A stretch of DNA of 32,000 nt from Nostoc punctiforme PCC 73102 (GTDB lineage: Bacteria; Cyanobacteriota; Cyanobacteriia; Cyanobacteriales; Nostocaceae). The notes beneath the pieces were generated by a model. The model ran no database searches. It was not told the DNA's origin and worked only from the letters and a program-made list of their open reading frames with translations. This document shows, piece by piece, positions 30,796 through 32,000 of the stretch (positions are counted from its first letter, which is position 1; each line of letters opens with the position of its first letter). A program made the position numbers and the translations under genes. The stretch covers positions 7,890,001-7,922,000 of the forward strand of contig NC_010628.1 in assembly GCF_000020025.1 (NCBI RefSeq). Reading direction: 5' to 3'.

Positions 30796-31041
30796 TCAAT
30801 TTGGAGAACACTTAGAACAAAAATCAGGACTGAATTTGCAGTATTGACTACCTGTTAATGAGTACGCTGTACAATAAGGAAAACTCGTGAGTCCAATTTT
30901 GGCTGTTTGCAATTTTGAACCGTTCCGCGACACTCCATTCGGTTTGGTTTTATCAGCCAGAAAGATTGCTACAAGCTTAGGAAACGCTACGCAAATAGTA
31001 ATATTGAGCAGCGTCAATAGTATAGTGTCTATCAAATTCAT
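30796..31041 (-). CDS. Small membrane-anchored protein (81 aa) with a Cys- and aromatic-rich C-terminal tail
   Basis: AGGAGA lies 9 nt upstream of the ATG. The N-terminus MNLIDTILLTLLNITICVAFPKLVAIFL is hydrophobic. The tail FPYCTAYSLTGSQYCKFSPDFCSKCSPN has 4 Cys and 6 Phe/Tyr in 28 residues. The N-terminus is paralogous to the 54-aa ORF at 21975-22139. Confidence 0.55.
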   Translation of the reverse strand: MNLIDTILLTLLNITICVAFPKLVAIFLADKTKPNGVSRNGSKLQTAKIGLTSFPYCTAYSLTGSQYCKFSPDFCSKCSPN

Positions 31042-31301
31042 AGGTAATCATCTCCTGTGAAAAATAGGCGATTGCTGTTTTTAGGTGCAAACATAATATT
31101 ATGTGTAGGATTCACGTTCAGTTCATCTATTGCTTGCACTCTATGTAAAATAACTTTAACATAAATTTTTGTAAATATAAACGTGGAATTTCTGGAATTA
31201 TTATACACAGAAGGGAATGTGGATAATAAGGACGGTTATTGTAGCGGGATAACAAAATAAACTGGAAAAACAATTAATTTACAATATTTAGGTAAGGTGT
31301 T

Positions 31302-32000
31302 ATGTCAAAAACCCAAACCGCGTCTTCTTTTTTATCTAACATCAGTGAGCAAGAACGTGAGGCATTAAAGCGGTTGGTAGATTATACAAAAGTGGAATCG
31401 CTACCAGAAGTTTGGCCTTTGGCATCTCAACGATTTGGTGATGTTGTTGCCCTCCGCAGTCCTCACGCCAAACCAGAAATTGTGATTACTTATACACAGT
31501 TAGCAGAGCAAATCCAATTATTTGCTGCTGGGTTACAGGCATTAGGAGTGAAGCTAGGCGATCGCATTTCCTTAATTTCTGACAACAGTCCCCGTTGGTT
31601 TATTGCCGATCAAGGCATAATGACTGCTGGTGCAGTTGATGCAGTGCGTAGTTCCCAAGCGGAAAAAGAAGAATTGCTGTTTATCATCGCTAATAGCGGT
31701 AGTACGGCAATAGTTGTTGAGGATTTAAAGACACTTAAAAAACTACAAGACCGCATCCAAGATTTACCAATTCAGTTTGCGATTTTACTTTCAGATGAAG
31801 CACCACCGACAGACGGAACCCTAAAGGTACTGAATTTTGCACAGTTGATCGAAATTGGGAAAAATCATAATTTTGTGCCGGTTAAACAAAATCGTGATGC
31901 TTTAGCGACCCTAATTTATACCTCCGGTACTACAGGAAGACCGAAGGGTGTAATGCTATCTTATAGCAATTTGATGCACCAAATAACAACCTTCGGCACA
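31302..32000 (+). CDS. aas: AMP-dependent synthetase/ligase, Aas-like long-chain acyl-ACP/CoA synthetase (N-terminal 233 aa; continues beyond the window)
   Basis: My translation reads MSKTQTASSFLSNISEQEREALKRL...DNSPRWFIADQGIMTAGAVDAVRSS...TLIYTSGTTGRPKGVMLSY. The AMP-binding motif YTSGTTGRPKG is present. The sequence is similar to the cyanobacterial Aas (slr1609-type) as I recall it. It is missing from the ORF track because it runs off the edge. Confidence 0.8.
   Translation, partial: MSKTQTASSFLSNISEQEREALKRLVDYTKVESLPEVWPLASQRFGDVVALRSPHAKPEIVITYTQLAEQIQLFAAGLQALGVKLGDRISLISDNSPRWFIADQGIMTAGAVDAVRSSQAEKEELLFIIANSGSTAIVVEDLKTLKKLQDRIQDLPIQFAILLSDEAPPTDGTLKVLNFAQLIEIGKNHNFVPVKQNRDALATLIYTSGTTGRPKGVMLSYSNLMHQITTFGT

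Noticed and set aside
1-32000. tRNA, rRNA, tmRNA, transposase or integrase genes that could mark a classical mobile island
   Set aside because: I found no cloverleaf-compatible T-loop (GGTTCGAATCC-like) motifs in intergenic regions. No ORF has recombinase or transposase motifs. The accessory patch therefore cannot be called an integrative element from this sequence.

Overview
The window looks like a filamentous (Nostocales-type) cyanobacterial chromosome. A manual scan finds about 30 copies of the HIP1 palindrome GCGATCGC, heptamer STRR tracts (GGGCATT, CCCCATG, TTGCCTG) and many small GC-rich hairpin or MITE-like repeats in intergenic DNA. Positions 1-19.8 kb are mostly core DNA. They hold a concentration of monovalent-cation transport genes: one CPA2 and two NhaP-type CPA1 antiporters, a TrkA-like regulator and a DUF389 membrane protein. 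They also hold infC, radC, a PRK-like kinase, two SAM methyltransferases (one frameshifted), a VOC-family protein, a 1001-aa transporter-HEAT fusion, and a GH13 glycosidase interrupted by one in-frame TAA. Positions 19.8-31.3 kb are an accessory patch. It contains a decayed Uma2-endonuclease fragment, an MFS transporter bracketed by ~75-bp direct repeats, repeat-rich spacers, and two paralogous small membrane-anchored ORFs (one below the ORF-track cutoff). Between those two ORFs lies the main finding: a tightly packed 7.2-kb, five-gene minus-strand operon (29649->22439). It encodes a Trypco2-like small protein, a trypsin-like serine protease with a helical tail, a STAND NTPase whose N-terminal head is homologous to that tail, a second STAND NTPase with a TPR array, and a radical SAM/SPASM enzyme with a Cys/Asp-rich, RRE-like N-terminal extension. 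I interpret this as a candidate NLR/STAND-type conflict (anti-phage) system with an unusual radical-SAM or peptide-modification arm. That function is untested inference. The window ends in the 5' part of an Aas-like acyl-ACP/CoA synthetase gene. I recognised no rRNA, tRNA, CRISPR array, transposase or integrase.
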